Positions 29,390 through 43,222 of a stretch of DNA of 64,000 nucleotides are shown here, in pieces (position 1 is the stretch's first letter; each line of letters opens with the position of its first letter). The notes beneath the pieces were generated by a model, which made no database searches, was not told where the DNA came from, and worked only from the letters and a program-made list of their open reading frames with translations. A program made the position numbers and the translations under genes. The DNA is from an uncultured cyanobacterium (GTDB lineage Bacteria; Cyanobacteriota; Cyanobacteriia; PCC-6307; Cyanobiaceae): contig CAVXWZ010000001.1 of NCBI GenBank assembly GCA_963765575.1, positions 1 through 64,000 of the forward strand, written 5' to 3'.

Positions 29390-29836
29390 TCAGGTCTGGG
29401 CGGCCAGCAGCGCCTTCAGGCCCTCGACGTAGAGGATGCCGCTGCAGGTGAGGCCCCCGGCCCAGCACAGCCCCCGCAGCGGCGGCCGGTTGCCCACATA
29501 GGCGCCGATGTAAGCCAGCCGCAGGAGCGGGTGCAGCCAGGCGGCCGCCACCGCCGCCGTTGGGCTGAAGCCAGGCGCGGCGAGGCCGGCCAGCAGGCAG
29601 AGCAGGGCCGCCGGCGCATGCAGGCTGAAGGCCTCGAAGCAGTTCTGGTGGGCCCAGGCCGCCCGCTGGCCCCAGGCCGGCAGGCGCTCGAACATCGCCC
29701 GCGGGGCCGCCAGGTCGGCCATCTGGAAGTTCGCCTGGGAGCGGGCCGCCCCCAGGGGCACGGTGCTGAACACCACCACGCCGGCGGCCAGCAGCAGCGA
29801 CCCGGCGAAGGGCGCCAGGGGGGAGGAGAGCAGCAT
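29390..29836 (-). CDS. MAPEG-family membrane protein
   Basis: RAAWAHQNCFEAF, RLAYIGAY..N.P.LR. Confidence 0.88.
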   Translation of the reverse strand: MLLSSPLAPFAGSLLLAAGVVVFSTVPLGAARSQANFQMADLAAPRAMFERLPAWGQRAAWAHQNCFEAFSLHAPAALLCLLAGLAAPGFSPTAAVAAAWLHPLLRLAYIGAYVGNRPPLRGLCWAGGLTCSGILYVEGLKALLAAQT

Positions 29837-29898
29837 GGTGGTAGGCAGCAGCGGCCTTTTTCTAGGCTGGCGCCGAGCACCCAGCGAGTATTGCCGCC

Positions 29899-30396
29899 AT
29901 GGCTGAGTCCTTCTCCTTCGACGTCGTCTCGGATTTCGACCGCCAGGAGCTGGTCAACACCGTGGATCAGGTGCGCCGGGAGGTGTCCCAGCGCTACGAC
30001 CTCAAGGACTCCGGCACCACGATCGAGCTGGAGGAGCCCAGCCTCACGATCACCACCGCCACCGACATGACCCTGCAGGCGGTGGCGGATGTGCTGCGCC
30101 AGAAGGCCACCAAGCGCAACCTGTCGCTGAAGATCTTCGATTTCCAGGACCCCGAGGCCGTGGGCGGCAACCGGGTGAAGCAGGAGGTGAAGCTGCGCAA
30201 GGGCCTCAGCCAGGAGCTCGCCAAGACCCTCAGCAAGGCGGTGCGCGACGCCGTCAAGAAGGTCACGGTGTCGATCCAGGGCGACAGCCTGCGGGTGACG
30301 GGCAAAAACAAGGACGACCTGCAGCAGGCGATTCAGCTGCTCAGGGGCCGCGAGGAGGATCTGGAGGTGCCGCTGCAGTTCGAGAACTACCGCTGA
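29899..30396 (+). CDS. yajQ: YajQ-family nucleotide/cyclic-di-GMP-binding protein
   Basis: SFDVVS..QELVN, RYDLK, IQGDSLRVTGKNKDDLQ, PLQFENYR. Confidence 0.95.
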   Translation: MAESFSFDVVSDFDRQELVNTVDQVRREVSQRYDLKDSGTTIELEEPSLTITTATDMTLQAVADVLRQKATKRNLSLKIFDFQDPEAVGGNRVKQEVKLRKGLSQELAKTLSKAVRDAVKKVTVSIQGDSLRVTGKNKDDLQQAIQLLRGREEDLEVPLQFENYR

Positions 30397-30417
30397 ACAT
30401 CCCCCGCTGCGGGGCGG

Positions 30418-31680
30418 CTAGAGCACGATCTCCACGGCACAGGGGCCCGTCTGGGGCGTGTGGGTGAACACGGTGACATCGCCATCCTGGGAGACCACCA
30501 GGCCGATGCCGCCGGGCTGACGGACCACGGCCCCGGCCACGGCCCGGTGCCGATTGCCGCGGGTCTCCAGGAAGCTCGCCAGGGGCTCCGGCCACTCCCC
30601 CTCGTGGGAGGAGAGCTTGACACTGAACCCCTCGATGCCCAGGTCGCTGCGCAGCACGGCGGCACCATCGGCTTCGGTGAGATCGGCGCACGACTGACAG
30701 GTCTCCTCCAGGGCGGCCTGGGCGGAGCGCAGCCGATCGCCGGCCCAGCTGGCCAGCTCCGCCGGCGAGGCCAGACCCGGCTCGGCGCTGAGGGAGTGGC
30801 CCATCACGCTCAGGCGGTGCACCACCTCGAGGCTGAGGATCCTCACCACCTCCCGCAGCAGGCGCCGATCGGGCTGCTCATACCAGCGACCGCCGAGGAA
30901 CAGCCCGGCGCTGCTGTGGCCCGCCGGCAGCATCAGGATCGCCCCGCCCCGTTGGCCCCGCACCATCTTGCGGGCAATGCTCTGCAGGATGCGGTCGTAG
31001 ATCCGGCGGGTCGAGCGGCGCACGATGGCGGCGATGTCCTTGTTCAGGCGGGCCCAACTGCCGGCGGCGATGGGCGTCAGCCCCTGGTCGCCCGGCAGGC
31101 AGATGCGCTCCAGCTGCAGCCGGGGGCAGCAGACCTCGCGAATCAGCACGGCGGTCTCCGCTTCCAGGGCCAGGCCGGGAATGCGGCGCGACTGGTCCCG
31201 CACCTCGCCGCGGCGGTACACGGCCTTGGCTTCGCCGATGGAGACGGACACCACCCCGGGAGCCTCCGCCTCGATCACCAGCGGCGGCCGGTGCAGCTGC
31301 GGCGGGGGCAGGGGCGTGCTGGTGCGGGCGATGGTGCCGAGGATCACGGCATTGGGGCCGGGCCCCTGGGCCGGAGCGATCACAAACCCGGTGCGCTCCG
31401 GGTTGAACGCGGAGCTGATCGATTGCAGCTGCTTCGCTGTGAGCCCGATCGGGCGATCGAACCGCTGCACCTCCAGGGTGCGCTGCGGGTGGGCCTCCAC
31501 CACCAGCGCGAAGCGCAGGTTGTGGCCCTCGTTCTGGTGCAGGCTGGCGACCAGGGCCACCTCCAGCGCGGTTTCCACGCAGCGGAGTTGCCCGGGGCTG
31601 ACATGGCGGTCGATGAGTTCCCGCAGTGCGGGGCTGCGGATCAACGCCTGGGTCAGGGAGTTGCTGGGTGCTGGTGCCAC
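30418..31680 (-). CDS. DisA_N/diadenylate-cyclase-fold protein with N-terminal putative sensor (DACNV-like) domain
   Basis: C-terminal GGAIL, DGAAVL, RGNRHRA and VVSQDG motifs; N-terminal ASL..NEG..LRF..RFDRPI.LT..L pattern. Confidence 0.78.
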   Translation of the reverse strand: MAPAPSNSLTQALIRSPALRELIDRHVSPGQLRCVETALEVALVASLHQNEGHNLRFALVVEAHPQRTLEVQRFDRPIGLTAKQLQSISSAFNPERTGFVIAPAQGPGPNAVILGTIARTSTPLPPPQLHRPPLVIEAEAPGVVSVSIGEAKAVYRRGEVRDQSRRIPGLALEAETAVLIREVCCPRLQLERICLPGDQGLTPIAAGSWARLNKDIAAIVRRSTRRIYDRILQSIARKMVRGQRGGAILMLPAGHSSAGLFLGGRWYEQPDRRLLREVVRILSLEVVHRLSVMGHSLSAEPGLASPAELASWAGDRLRSAQAALEETCQSCADLTEADGAAVLRSDLGIEGFSVKLSSHEGEWPEPLASFLETRGNRHRAVAGAVVRQPGGIGLVVSQDGDVTVFTHTPQTGPCAVEIVL

Positions 31681-31736
31681 CCGGAGCGCCTCGGATCAGG
31701 AGGGACCATCGTTGCCTGCAACGATCGCACCTGGCC

Positions 31737-35528
<3,792 letters not shown>

Positions 35529-35641
35529 CACCTGCGGACAGGTGGACCGATCAATGGGAGACTGGCAACATTGCATGCGCCCCCGATCCTGAGTTCCCAC
35601 CTGCTTCTGCCGCCGTTTCCCCCGCAGCAACTCCCGCAACG

Positions 35642-37018
35642 ATGAGTGTCCTGGTCAGCTACTCGAAGGTGCTCGAGATCACCGGCGACATCATTCGCGT
35701 GGAGGTGCCCAGCGGCGGCCACGACAGCGCGGGTGCCCCCCGCTTCAACGATCTGGCCGTGGTTCGCACCGCTGGCGGAGACCAGTCCCTGGCCCAGGTG
35801 ATCGACCTGCGGGAAGACTCCGTGGCGCTGCAGGTGTTCCGTGGCACCAAGGGGGTGTCCACCGATTCCCAGGTGCGCTTCCTCGGCCACCCGATGACGG
35901 CCACCTACTCGGACAACATCCTGGGGCGGGTGTTCCGCGGCACCGGCGAGCCGATCGACGGCGGCCCCGATCTCTCCCAGGACCCCCGCGTCACCATCGG
36001 CGGGCCCTCGGTGAATCCGATGCGGCGCGTGCTGGCCTCGAAGATGATCCGCACCAACGTGCCGATGATCGACGTTTACAACACGTTGGTGGAGAGCCAG
36101 AAGATTCCCATCTTTTCGGTGTCAGGTGAACCGTTCAACGCCTTTCTCGGGCGGATCGGTATCCAGGCCGACGCCGATGTGGTGATCTTTGGCGGCCTCG
36201 GATTGATTTTCGATGATTACTACTCCTTTCGCAAGACCTTCGAGGACGCCGGCGTGTTTCACCGCACGGTGATGTTCGTGAATCTGGCGTCCGATCCGAT
36301 CGTGGAGCGCATGCTGATTCCCGACATGGCCCTGGCGGTGGCGGAGCGGTTCGCGGTGGAGGAGGGCAAGCGGGTGCTGGTGCTGCTCACCGACATGACG
36401 GCCTTCGCCGATGCCCTCAAGGAGGTGAGTATCGCGATGGATCAGGTGCCGGCCAACCGCGGTTATCCCGGCGGCCTCTATTCGCAGCTGGCCCGCCGCT
36501 ATGAAAAGGCCGCCGACTATGCCAAGGGCGGCTCGGTCACGGTGCTCACGGTGACCACCATGCCCGGTGATGACATCACCCATCCCGTGCCGGACAACAC
36601 CGGCTACATCACTGAAGGGCAGTTCTATCTGCACAACGGCGTGATCGACCCCTTCGGCTCGCTGTCGCGACTCAAGCAGAACGTGATCGGCAAGCAGACC
36701 CGCGAGGATCACAACCAGGTGATGAACACCACCATCCGCCTCTACTCCGGCGCCCGCGATGCCCAGCAGAAGCAGGCGATGGCCTTCGAACTCTCCGAGT
36801 ACGACCAGAAGCTGATCCGCTTCGGTGATCTCTTCCGTGAGCGCTTCATGGATATCAACGTGGACATGCCCCTCGAGGCTGCACTGGATCTCGCCTGGCA
36901 GACCATGGCGGAATGCTTCGAGCCTCAGGAGTTGCTGATGAAGCAGGAGCTGATCGACAAGTACTTCCCCGCAGCCGACGCCACCCCCAAGACGACCCCG
37001 AGCCCCCAGCCTGCATGA
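35642..37018 (+). CDS. ntpB: V/A-type ATP synthase subunit B
   Basis: [59 protein letters not shown]. Confidence 0.96.
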   Translation: MSVLVSYSKVLEITGDIIRVEVPSGGHDSAGAPRFNDLAVVRTAGGDQSLAQVIDLREDSVALQVFRGTKGVSTDSQVRFLGHPMTATYSDNILGRVFRGTGEPIDGGPDLSQDPRVTIGGPSVNPMRRVLASKMIRTNVPMIDVYNTLVESQKIPIFSVSGEPFNAFLGRIGIQADADVVIFGGLGLIFDDYYSFRKTFEDAGVFHRTVMFVNLASDPIVERMLIPDMALAVAERFAVEEGKRVLVLLTDMTAFADALKEVSIAMDQVPANRGYPGGLYSQLARRYEKAADYAKGGSVTVLTVTTMPGDDITHPVPDNTGYITEGQFYLHNGVIDPFGSLSRLKQNVIGKQTREDHNQVMNTTIRLYSGARDAQQKQAMAFELSEYDQKLIRFGDLFRERFMDINVDMPLEAALDLAWQTMAECFEPQELLMKQELIDKYFPAADATPKTTPSPQPA

Positions 37019-37620
37019 GCCGGATCACCCTCACCAAGGCCTCGCTCAGCCGCCAGAAGGGGCTGCTCAAGACCTACGGCTCCGTGCTGCCGTCGTTGGA
37101 TCTCAAGCGCCGCCAGATCAGCGCCGAGCGGGCCCGGGCGCGGCACGACCTGCGGGCGCTCGAGCAGCGTGCCCGGGATCTCGAGGCCGAGGTGGGCCGG
37201 GTCTGCCCGATGCTCGCCCACCAGCACATCCGGCTCGAGGGGCTGGCCCGGGTGACGGATGTGCGTCTCGGGGAGGAGAACCTGATCGGCACCCGCCTGC
37301 CCCGGGTGGAGGCGATCACGGTGGAGGTGGCCGACTACGGCCTGCTCAGCCTGCCCTTCTGGGTGGATTACGTGGTGCGCTGTCTGCGCGAGGCCCTGGA
37401 GACCCAGGTCCGGCTCCAGGTGGCGAGCGAGCGCATCGAGCGTCTGGTGCAGGCCGAACGCACCGTGACCCAGCGCTTCAACCTGTTTGACAAGGTGCTG
37501 ATCCCCCGCACCCGACAGCACATCCGCACCATCGCCATCTATCTTTCCGATGCCGACCGTGCCGGGGTCGTGAATTCCAAGCTTGCCAAGCGCAAGAAGC
37601 AGCGGGCCGAGCCGCGATGA
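37015..37620 (+). CDS. ntpD: V/A-type ATP synthase subunit D
   Basis: LPSLDLKRRQ, TQRFNLFDKVLIP; ATGA overlap. Confidence 0.93.
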   Translation: MSRITLTKASLSRQKGLLKTYGSVLPSLDLKRRQISAERARARHDLRALEQRARDLEAEVGRVCPMLAHQHIRLEGLARVTDVRLGEENLIGTRLPRVEAITVEVADYGLLSLPFWVDYVVRCLREALETQVRLQVASERIERLVQAERTVTQRFNLFDKVLIPRTRQHIRTIAIYLSDADRAGVVNSKLAKRKKQRAEPR

Positions 37621-39428
37621 CCATCGTTTCCCTCAGCAAGGTCACCGTGGTCGGTCTGTCGGCTGACAAGGACGACCTCATCGATGGGCTGCAGCAGCTG
37701 GGCTGTCTGCACCTGATTCCCCTCCAGGAGGGGCGGCAGGGGGAGGAGCCGTTCGTGAGCAGCCGACCCATCGAGGATGCCAGCAAGGCCTTGCGCTACC
37801 TGGGCGATGTGCGCCGGCTGCGCCACCAGACCCGCGTCGATGCCGACTTCCAGTTCGATCGCCTGATCGGCGAGGCCCTCGCCAACCGCCGTGCCAAGCG
37901 GGAGGCGGAAGACCGGGTGCTGGCCCTGGAGGCCCGTCTGCGCCAGCTGGAGCCCTGGGGCGACTTTGTGCTCCCCGAGCTCGAGCAGCTGGGCGGCCAT
38001 CGCCTCTGGTTCTACCGGGTTCCCCAGGCCAAGGCCCGGGCGTTCCGGCAAGCCCTGGCCGGGCTCGACATCCCCTGGCAGCAGCTTTACGAGAGTCCTC
38101 GCCACCTTTATGTGGTGCTGATCGCTGCCGAGGAACCCGACCCCGCCGCCCTGCCGGTGACCCGCTCCCACGTGGGTTCCGAATCCCCCGCCACCGTGCG
38201 TCAGCAGCTCGATGCCGCCCGTTCCGCCCTCGAGGAGGTGGAGGCCGAGCACGAGGCCCTCAGCCGCTGGATCTTCCTGCTCTCGCGCCATCTGGCCCGC
38301 GCCGAGGACGCCCAGTCCCGCGCTGAGGCCAGCTCCATGACCCGTGACGACGACAGCCTCGTGCAGCTGCAGGGCTGGCTGCCCCGCCGCGACCTCAGCC
38401 GGCTGGAGGCCTTCACCTCCGCCCGGGGCCTGGCCTGGCTGGCCGAGCTTCCCCAGCCGGGTGACACGCCGCCCACGCTGCTGGAGAACCCCAGTGGCCT
38501 GAGCGGCGGCCAGGACCTGGTGACCTTCTACGAAACCCCCGCTTATCGCGACTGGGACCCCTCGGTGCTGGTGTTCTTCTCGTTCGGGATTTTCTTTGCC
38601 ATGATCATGGCCGACGCCGGCTACGCCCTGGTGCTGGCCGTGGTGGTGGGTCTGCTCTGGACACGCATGGGCCGCAGCGCCGGGGGCCGTCATTTCCGTA
38701 TCCAGGCGCTGGTGGGGCTCGGCTTCGCCCTGGTCTACGGCGTCCTGGCCGGCAGCTATTTCGGCATCGCGCCAGCCGCCGCCTCCCCCCTGGCGGCCCT
38801 GAAGGTGCTCGACCTGAACAACTACGACGCGATGATGAAGCTCGCGCTTGTCGTGGGTGGCCTGCATCTGCTGCTGGCTAACGGCATCGTCGCCGTGCGG
38901 GCCACCGGCGTGGCTGGCCGTGCCCGGCCGCTGGGCTGGATGGCGGTGATCCTGGGGGGCTTCCTGCTCTACCTGGGGGCCGGCAGCGCCTGGGGCCCGC
39001 ACCTCGGTGCGGGGCTGGGCGTGGGCGGCCTGCTCACGATCCTGCTGCTGAGCAGCGAGCGTCGGATCACCCACCCGGCCGATCTGCTGCTGCGGCTTCT
39101 TGATGGTGTGGGCTCCCTCACCAACATCTCCAAACTCTTCGGAGATGTGATGAGTTACCTTCGGCTGTTCGCCCTCGGTCTGGCCAGTGCCTCGCTGGCT
39201 GTCACCTTCAACCAGCTGGCCGGCCAGGTGGTGCAGTCGGGAGTGGTGCTGGCTCTGCCGATCGCCCTCCTGATCCTGATCCTCGGCCATGGCATCAATC
39301 TGCTGCTGGCCGTGATCAGTGGTTTTGTGCATGGCCTGCGCCTGAACTACATCGAATTCTTCAACTGGGGCCTCTCCGGTGAGGGGATACCTTTCCAGCC
39401 ATTTCTCAAAAAGGAGCCTGTTTCGTGA
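37617..39428 (+). CDS. ntpI: V/A-type ATP synthase subunit I (a)
   Basis: PPTLLEN, YETPAY..DPS, DAGY, DVMSYLRLFALGLA (essential Arg), HGLRLNYIEF. Confidence 0.95.
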   Translation: MTIVSLSKVTVVGLSADKDDLIDGLQQLGCLHLIPLQEGRQGEEPFVSSRPIEDASKALRYLGDVRRLRHQTRVDADFQFDRLIGEALANRRAKREAEDRVLALEARLRQLEPWGDFVLPELEQLGGHRLWFYRVPQAKARAFRQALAGLDIPWQQLYESPRHLYVVLIAAEEPDPAALPVTRSHVGSESPATVRQQLDAARSALEEVEAEHEALSRWIFLLSRHLARAEDAQSRAEASSMTRDDDSLVQLQGWLPRRDLSRLEAFTSARGLAWLAELPQPGDTPPTLLENPSGLSGGQDLVTFYETPAYRDWDPSVLVFFSFGIFFAMIMADAGYALVLAVVVGLLWTRMGRSAGGRHFRIQALVGLGFALVYGVLAGSYFGIAPAAASPLAALKVLDLNNYDAMMKLALVVGGLHLLLANGIVAVRATGVAGRARPLGWMAVILGGFLLYLGAGSAWGPHLGAGLGVGGLLTILLLSSERRITHPADLLLRLLDGVGSLTNISKLFGDVMSYLRLFALGLASASLAVTFNQLAGQVVQSGVVLALPIALLILILGHGINLLLAVISGFVHGLRLNYIEFFNWGLSGEGIPFQPFLKKEPVS

Positions 39429-39880
39429 ACGACCATCTCTCTCTCACCGTGCTGGGCTGGATCGGCATCTATGCCCCGGTGGCCCTGGGGGCCATCGGAG
39501 CCTCCATCGGTTGCACCATCGCTGGCCAGGCCGCGATCGGGGCGATGATGGAGGTGAGCAGCGGCTACGGGCGCTTCGTGGGGCTCTCGGCCCTGCCGTC
39601 CTCGATGTCGATCTACGGCATCGTCGTGATGTTCCTGCTCAATCGCCCCGTCACCCCCACCAACGCCGGAGGTCTGTTCGGTATCGGCCTGCTTTCGGGT
39701 GTGGCCTTCCTGGTGGCCGCCATCTATCAGGGTCTGTGCTGCGCCTCGGCGATTGCCGGCTCCAAGTCGAAGCCGGAGATCTTCGGCCTGGCCCTGGCGC
39801 CGGCGGCAATCGTGGAGGGCTTCGCTGTGTTCGCCTTTGTGTTCGCCTTGGTGGCGGCCGGTGGTATCCCCCAGAGTTGA
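39425..39880 (+). CDS. ntpK: V/A-type ATP synthase subunit K (4-TM proteolipid)
   Basis: Four hydrophobic helices; PSSMSIYG, YQG and IVEG (ion-binding Glu). Confidence 0.93.
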   Translation: MNDHLSLTVLGWIGIYAPVALGAIGASIGCTIAGQAAIGAMMEVSSGYGRFVGLSALPSSMSIYGIVVMFLLNRPVTPTNAGGLFGIGLLSGVAFLVAAIYQGLCCASAIAGSKSKPEIFGLALAPAAIVEGFAVFAFVFALVAAGGIPQS

Positions 39881-39919
39881 AGGTCAGCGCCTGTCGTTCC
39901 CGCCTTTCCTTGCACTTCC

Positions 39920-40621
39920 ATGGCCCAGCAACGCTCCAGCCGCAAGAACACCCCCCTGCAGGTGGCTGCAGGGGTGGAGGATCTGATCGCCCGGCTGCGG
40001 GACCAGGGCGTGGAGGCCGGCCGCAGCCAGGCCGGCGAAATCGTCGCCCAGGCCCAGGCCGACGCTCGCCAGACCATGGATCAGGCCCGACAGCAGGCCG
40101 AGCGGATCGTGGCCGAGGCCCGCCGCGAGGCCGGGAACCTCGAGCAATCGGGCCGTGAGGCTCTGCAACTGGCCCTGCGCGACAGCGTGCTCGAGATGAA
40201 GACACGGCTGATGGAACGCTTCCGGGGGGAGGTGGGCCAGTTGCTGGGAGAGGAACAGCAGAAACAGGAGATCCTTGAGCGCATGATCCTGGAGGTGGTG
40301 GGCCGGGTGCGGCCCGAGGCCGACCGCTCCGAACAGATCGAGGTGCTGCTGCCGGAGCAGGCGGTGGGTCTGGCCGAACTCAGCCAAAACCCCGAAGAAC
40401 TCGCCAGCGGTGAACTCACCCAGTTCGTGCGTCTGGTGTCCGCCGGCATGCTGCGCGAGGGCGTGAGCCTCGGAGTGGCCCGCGACCTCGGCTCCGGGCT
40501 GCGCCTGCGTCTGGTGGACCGGGACGTGGTGCTCGACCTCAGCGACGGTGCCGTGGCGGACGCCATTCTCGAGCATCTCCAGCCCCGCTTCCGGGCGCTG
40601 CTCGAGGGGGTTGTGAAATGA
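39920..40621 (+). CDS. ntpE: V/A-type ATP synthase subunit E-like stator
   Basis: LIARLRDQGVE..A..IV..A coiled coil and C-terminal DLSD..L.P.F.A.L; operon position. Confidence 0.8.
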   Translation: MAQQRSSRKNTPLQVAAGVEDLIARLRDQGVEAGRSQAGEIVAQAQADARQTMDQARQQAERIVAEARREAGNLEQSGREALQLALRDSVLEMKTRLMERFRGEVGQLLGEEQQKQEILERMILEVVGRVRPEADRSEQIEVLLPEQAVGLAELSQNPEELASGELTQFVRLVSAGMLREGVSLGVARDLGSGLRLRLVDRDVVLDLSDGAVADAILEHLQPRFRALLEGVVK

Positions 40622-41355
40622 GCCCCCGCTACACCACCTTGATGGCCAGCCTGCCGCCGCTGGGGGGATTGTTCGAGGCCCGGGAGCCCGCCATCTCCCG
40701 GCTCAAGCTGCAGAGCCGGCTCGGCCTGCTCCATCCCAACGACCGCCGCAGCCTCGATCTGGCCATCGGCATCCTCTCCCAGGGACTTCTCGAGACCGAA
40801 GGCGAGCTCGCCAACGGCCCCATCCCCACCAGTCCCACAAAAGACAGCGGTCGTGATGCCGCGCTCCTGGGGGATGCCAGCCAGTTCTTTCGCGACGTGA
40901 GCAACCCGCTGTTGCGCCAGCTGGTGAGCCACCGTCTCAACATGCGCACGGTCGTGGCCGCCCTGCGCCGCCGTCACCGCGGCGAGAACGAGCCACCCCG
41001 CGGGCGGGAATGGGGGTTCGGCTCCCTGGTGCCCACGATCGAGCGTCACTGGAGTGAGCCCACCCTGGGACTGGGTGGGCGCTTCCCCTGGATCGGCGAG
41101 GTGGTGCGCCTGCTGGAGGACAACGACCTCATCGGCCTGGAGCGCCAGCTGTTCACGCTGATCTGGCGCGACCTCGATCGCCTGGCCCAGGGCCACAACT
41201 TCGATTTCGAGGCCGTTGTGATCTATTTGGCGCGCTGGAGCCTGGTGGAGCGGTGGTCGAATTACGACGCCGCCGCCGCCGCCCGGCGTTTCCGTCAGCT
41301 CGTGAGCGACGGCCTCGGCCGTTTCACCAACACCATTGCCGTCTGCACCGCCTGA
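40618..41355 (+). CDS. DUF2764-family protein (V-ATPase subunit C-like)
   Basis: Y..LMASLP start, R.VVAALRRR, LERQL..W, HNFDFEAVVIY..W..RW; between subunits E and A. Confidence 0.75.
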   Translation: MSPRYTTLMASLPPLGGLFEAREPAISRLKLQSRLGLLHPNDRRSLDLAIGILSQGLLETEGELANGPIPTSPTKDSGRDAALLGDASQFFRDVSNPLLRQLVSHRLNMRTVVAALRRRHRGENEPPRGREWGFGSLVPTIERHWSEPTLGLGGRFPWIGEVVRLLEDNDLIGLERQLFTLIWRDLDRLAQGHNFDFEAVVIYLARWSLVERWSNYDAAAAARRFRQLVSDGLGRFTNTIAVCTA

Positions 41356-43208
41356 TGACTGACGCGACCGACCGCTACAACTCCGCCCATGTGGTCGCCG
41401 TCCAGGACGACCTCGTGACCATCGCCATGGACGCCGAACGGCCGCGGCCGATCCTCAAGAACGAGGTTGTCTACATCTGCCCGCGCCGCCTGGATGGAGA
41501 CCGCCAGGAGCGGCTCAAGGCCGAGGTGCTGCGGGTGCACGGCACCAGCGCCGATGCCCAGGTGTTCGAAAGCACCCGCGGCGTGGGTGTGGGCGATCCG
41601 GTGGAGCAGAGCGGCGAACTGCTCTCGGTGAGCCTTGGGCCCGGCCTGCTCTCCCAGGTGTACGACGGGCTGCAGAACCCCCTGGCCGGCCTGGCTGCCG
41701 GCTACGGCACCTTCCTGCCCCGGGGGGCGGCAGTGGCGCCCCTGGATGTGCAGAAGAAATGGTCGTTCCAGTCAACGGCGCGCATCGGCGACACCTTGCG
41801 GGCCGGCGATGCGATCGGCACCGTGCAGGAGGGCCGCTTCAGCCACAAGATCATGGTGCCCTTCGATCAGCCGGGCGAGGTGCGCCTGGATTGGATCCAG
41901 CAGGGCTCGTTCACGGTGGACACGGTGGTGGCCCGCATCGTCGATGGCCAGGGCCGGACCCGCTCCCTGACCATGGTGCAGGACTGGCCGGTGCGCCGTC
42001 CCCTGCCCCAGCGGCTGCTGGAGAGCCGCAGCAGCGAGCGCCTCTATCCCCAGGAGCCGATGATCACCACCCAGCGGATCATCGACACCTTCCTGCCCAT
42101 TGCCCGCGGCGGCACCGGTTGCATCCCGGGCCCCTTCGGTGCCGGCAAGACCGTGCTGCAGAACCTGATCTCGCGCCACTCCGATGTCGACATCGTGCTG
42201 GTGGTGGCCTGCGGCGAGCGCGCCGGCGAGGTGGTGGAGACGATCACCGAATTCCCCAAGCTCACCGATCCCAAGAGCGGCGGTTCGCTGATGGACCGCA
42301 CGATCATCATCTGCAACACCTCCTCGATGCCGGTGGCGGCCCGGGAGGCCTCGATCTACACCGGTCTCACCCTCGGTGAGTACTACCGCCAGATGGGTTT
42401 CAACGTGCTGCTGATCGCTGATTCCACCTCCCGCTGGGCCCAGGCGATGCGCGAAACCTCCGGCCGGCTGGAGGAGATCCCCGGCGAAGAGGCCTTCCCC
42501 GCCTATCTCGATTCTTCGGTGAAGGGCATCTACGAGCGGGCCGGCATCATCCGCACCAACGACGGCAGCATCGGCAGCCTCACCATGATCGGCACCGTCT
42601 CGCCCGCCGGCGGCAACTTTGAGGAGCCGGTCACCCAGTCCACCCTCAGCACGGTCAAGACCTTCCTGGGGCTGAGCGCCGAGCGGGCCTACAAGCGCTG
42701 CTACCCGGCAGTGGATCTGCTGCTCTCCTGGTCGCGTTATTTCATCCAGCTGGAGGACTGGTTCTCTGACCATCTATCGCCCGACTGGGTGCCCCGGGTG
42801 CAGAAGCTCACTGACCTGATTCATCGCGCCGACGCTGTGCAGCAGATGATTCAGGTGACCGGCGAAGAGGGCGTCAGCCTGGAGGATTTCCTGCTCGCTC
42901 AGCAGGCCCAGTTCCTCGACATGGTGTATCTGCAGCAGGATGCCTTTGATCCGGTGGACGCCAGTTGCCCGCTCAGCCGCCAGCAGCGCAGCCTCGATCT
43001 GGTCTGCGACCTGATCGGCCGGCCTTATCAGTTCAGCGACAAGACCGCCGCCCGTGATGTCTTCACCCGGCTCACCGGCCTGTTCAAGAACCTCAACTAC
43101 GCCCCCGAAGGATCCCCCACCTACCTCTCCTACCGGCAGCAGATTGAGGACCTGGCCGCGTCGGCCTGTCATCCCCCCAGCCCCGCCAAGGTCGCCGCGT
43201 CCTCCTGA
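41355..43208 (+). CDS. ntpA: V/A-type ATP synthase catalytic subunit A
   Basis: Walker A GPFGAGKT, CGERAGE, NTSSMPVAAREAS, DSTSRWAQAMRE, SPAGGNFEEPVT. Confidence 0.97.
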   Translation: MTDATDRYNSAHVVAVQDDLVTIAMDAERPRPILKNEVVYICPRRLDGDRQERLKAEVLRVHGTSADAQVFESTRGVGVGDPVEQSGELLSVSLGPGLLSQVYDGLQNPLAGLAAGYGTFLPRGAAVAPLDVQKKWSFQSTARIGDTLRAGDAIGTVQEGRFSHKIMVPFDQPGEVRLDWIQQGSFTVDTVVARIVDGQGRTRSLTMVQDWPVRRPLPQRLLESRSSERLYPQEPMITTQRIIDTFLPIARGGTGCIPGPFGAGKTVLQNLISRHSDVDIVLVVACGERAGEVVETITEFPKLTDPKSGGSLMDRTIIICNTSSMPVAAREASIYTGLTLGEYYRQMGFNVLLIADSTSRWAQAMRETSGRLEEIPGEEAFPAYLDSSVKGIYERAGIIRTNDGSIGSLTMIGTVSPAGGNFEEPVTQSTLSTVKTFLGLSAERAYKRCYPAVDLLLSWSRYFIQLEDWFSDHLSPDWVPRVQKLTDLIHRADAVQQMIQVTGEEGVSLEDFLLAQQAQFLDMVYLQQDAFDPVDASCPLSRQQRSLDLVCDLIGRPYQFSDKTAARDVFTRLTGLFKNLNYAPEGSPTYLSYRQQIEDLAASACHPPSPAKVAASS

Positions 43209-43222
43209 TCACCGCCCGCCTG

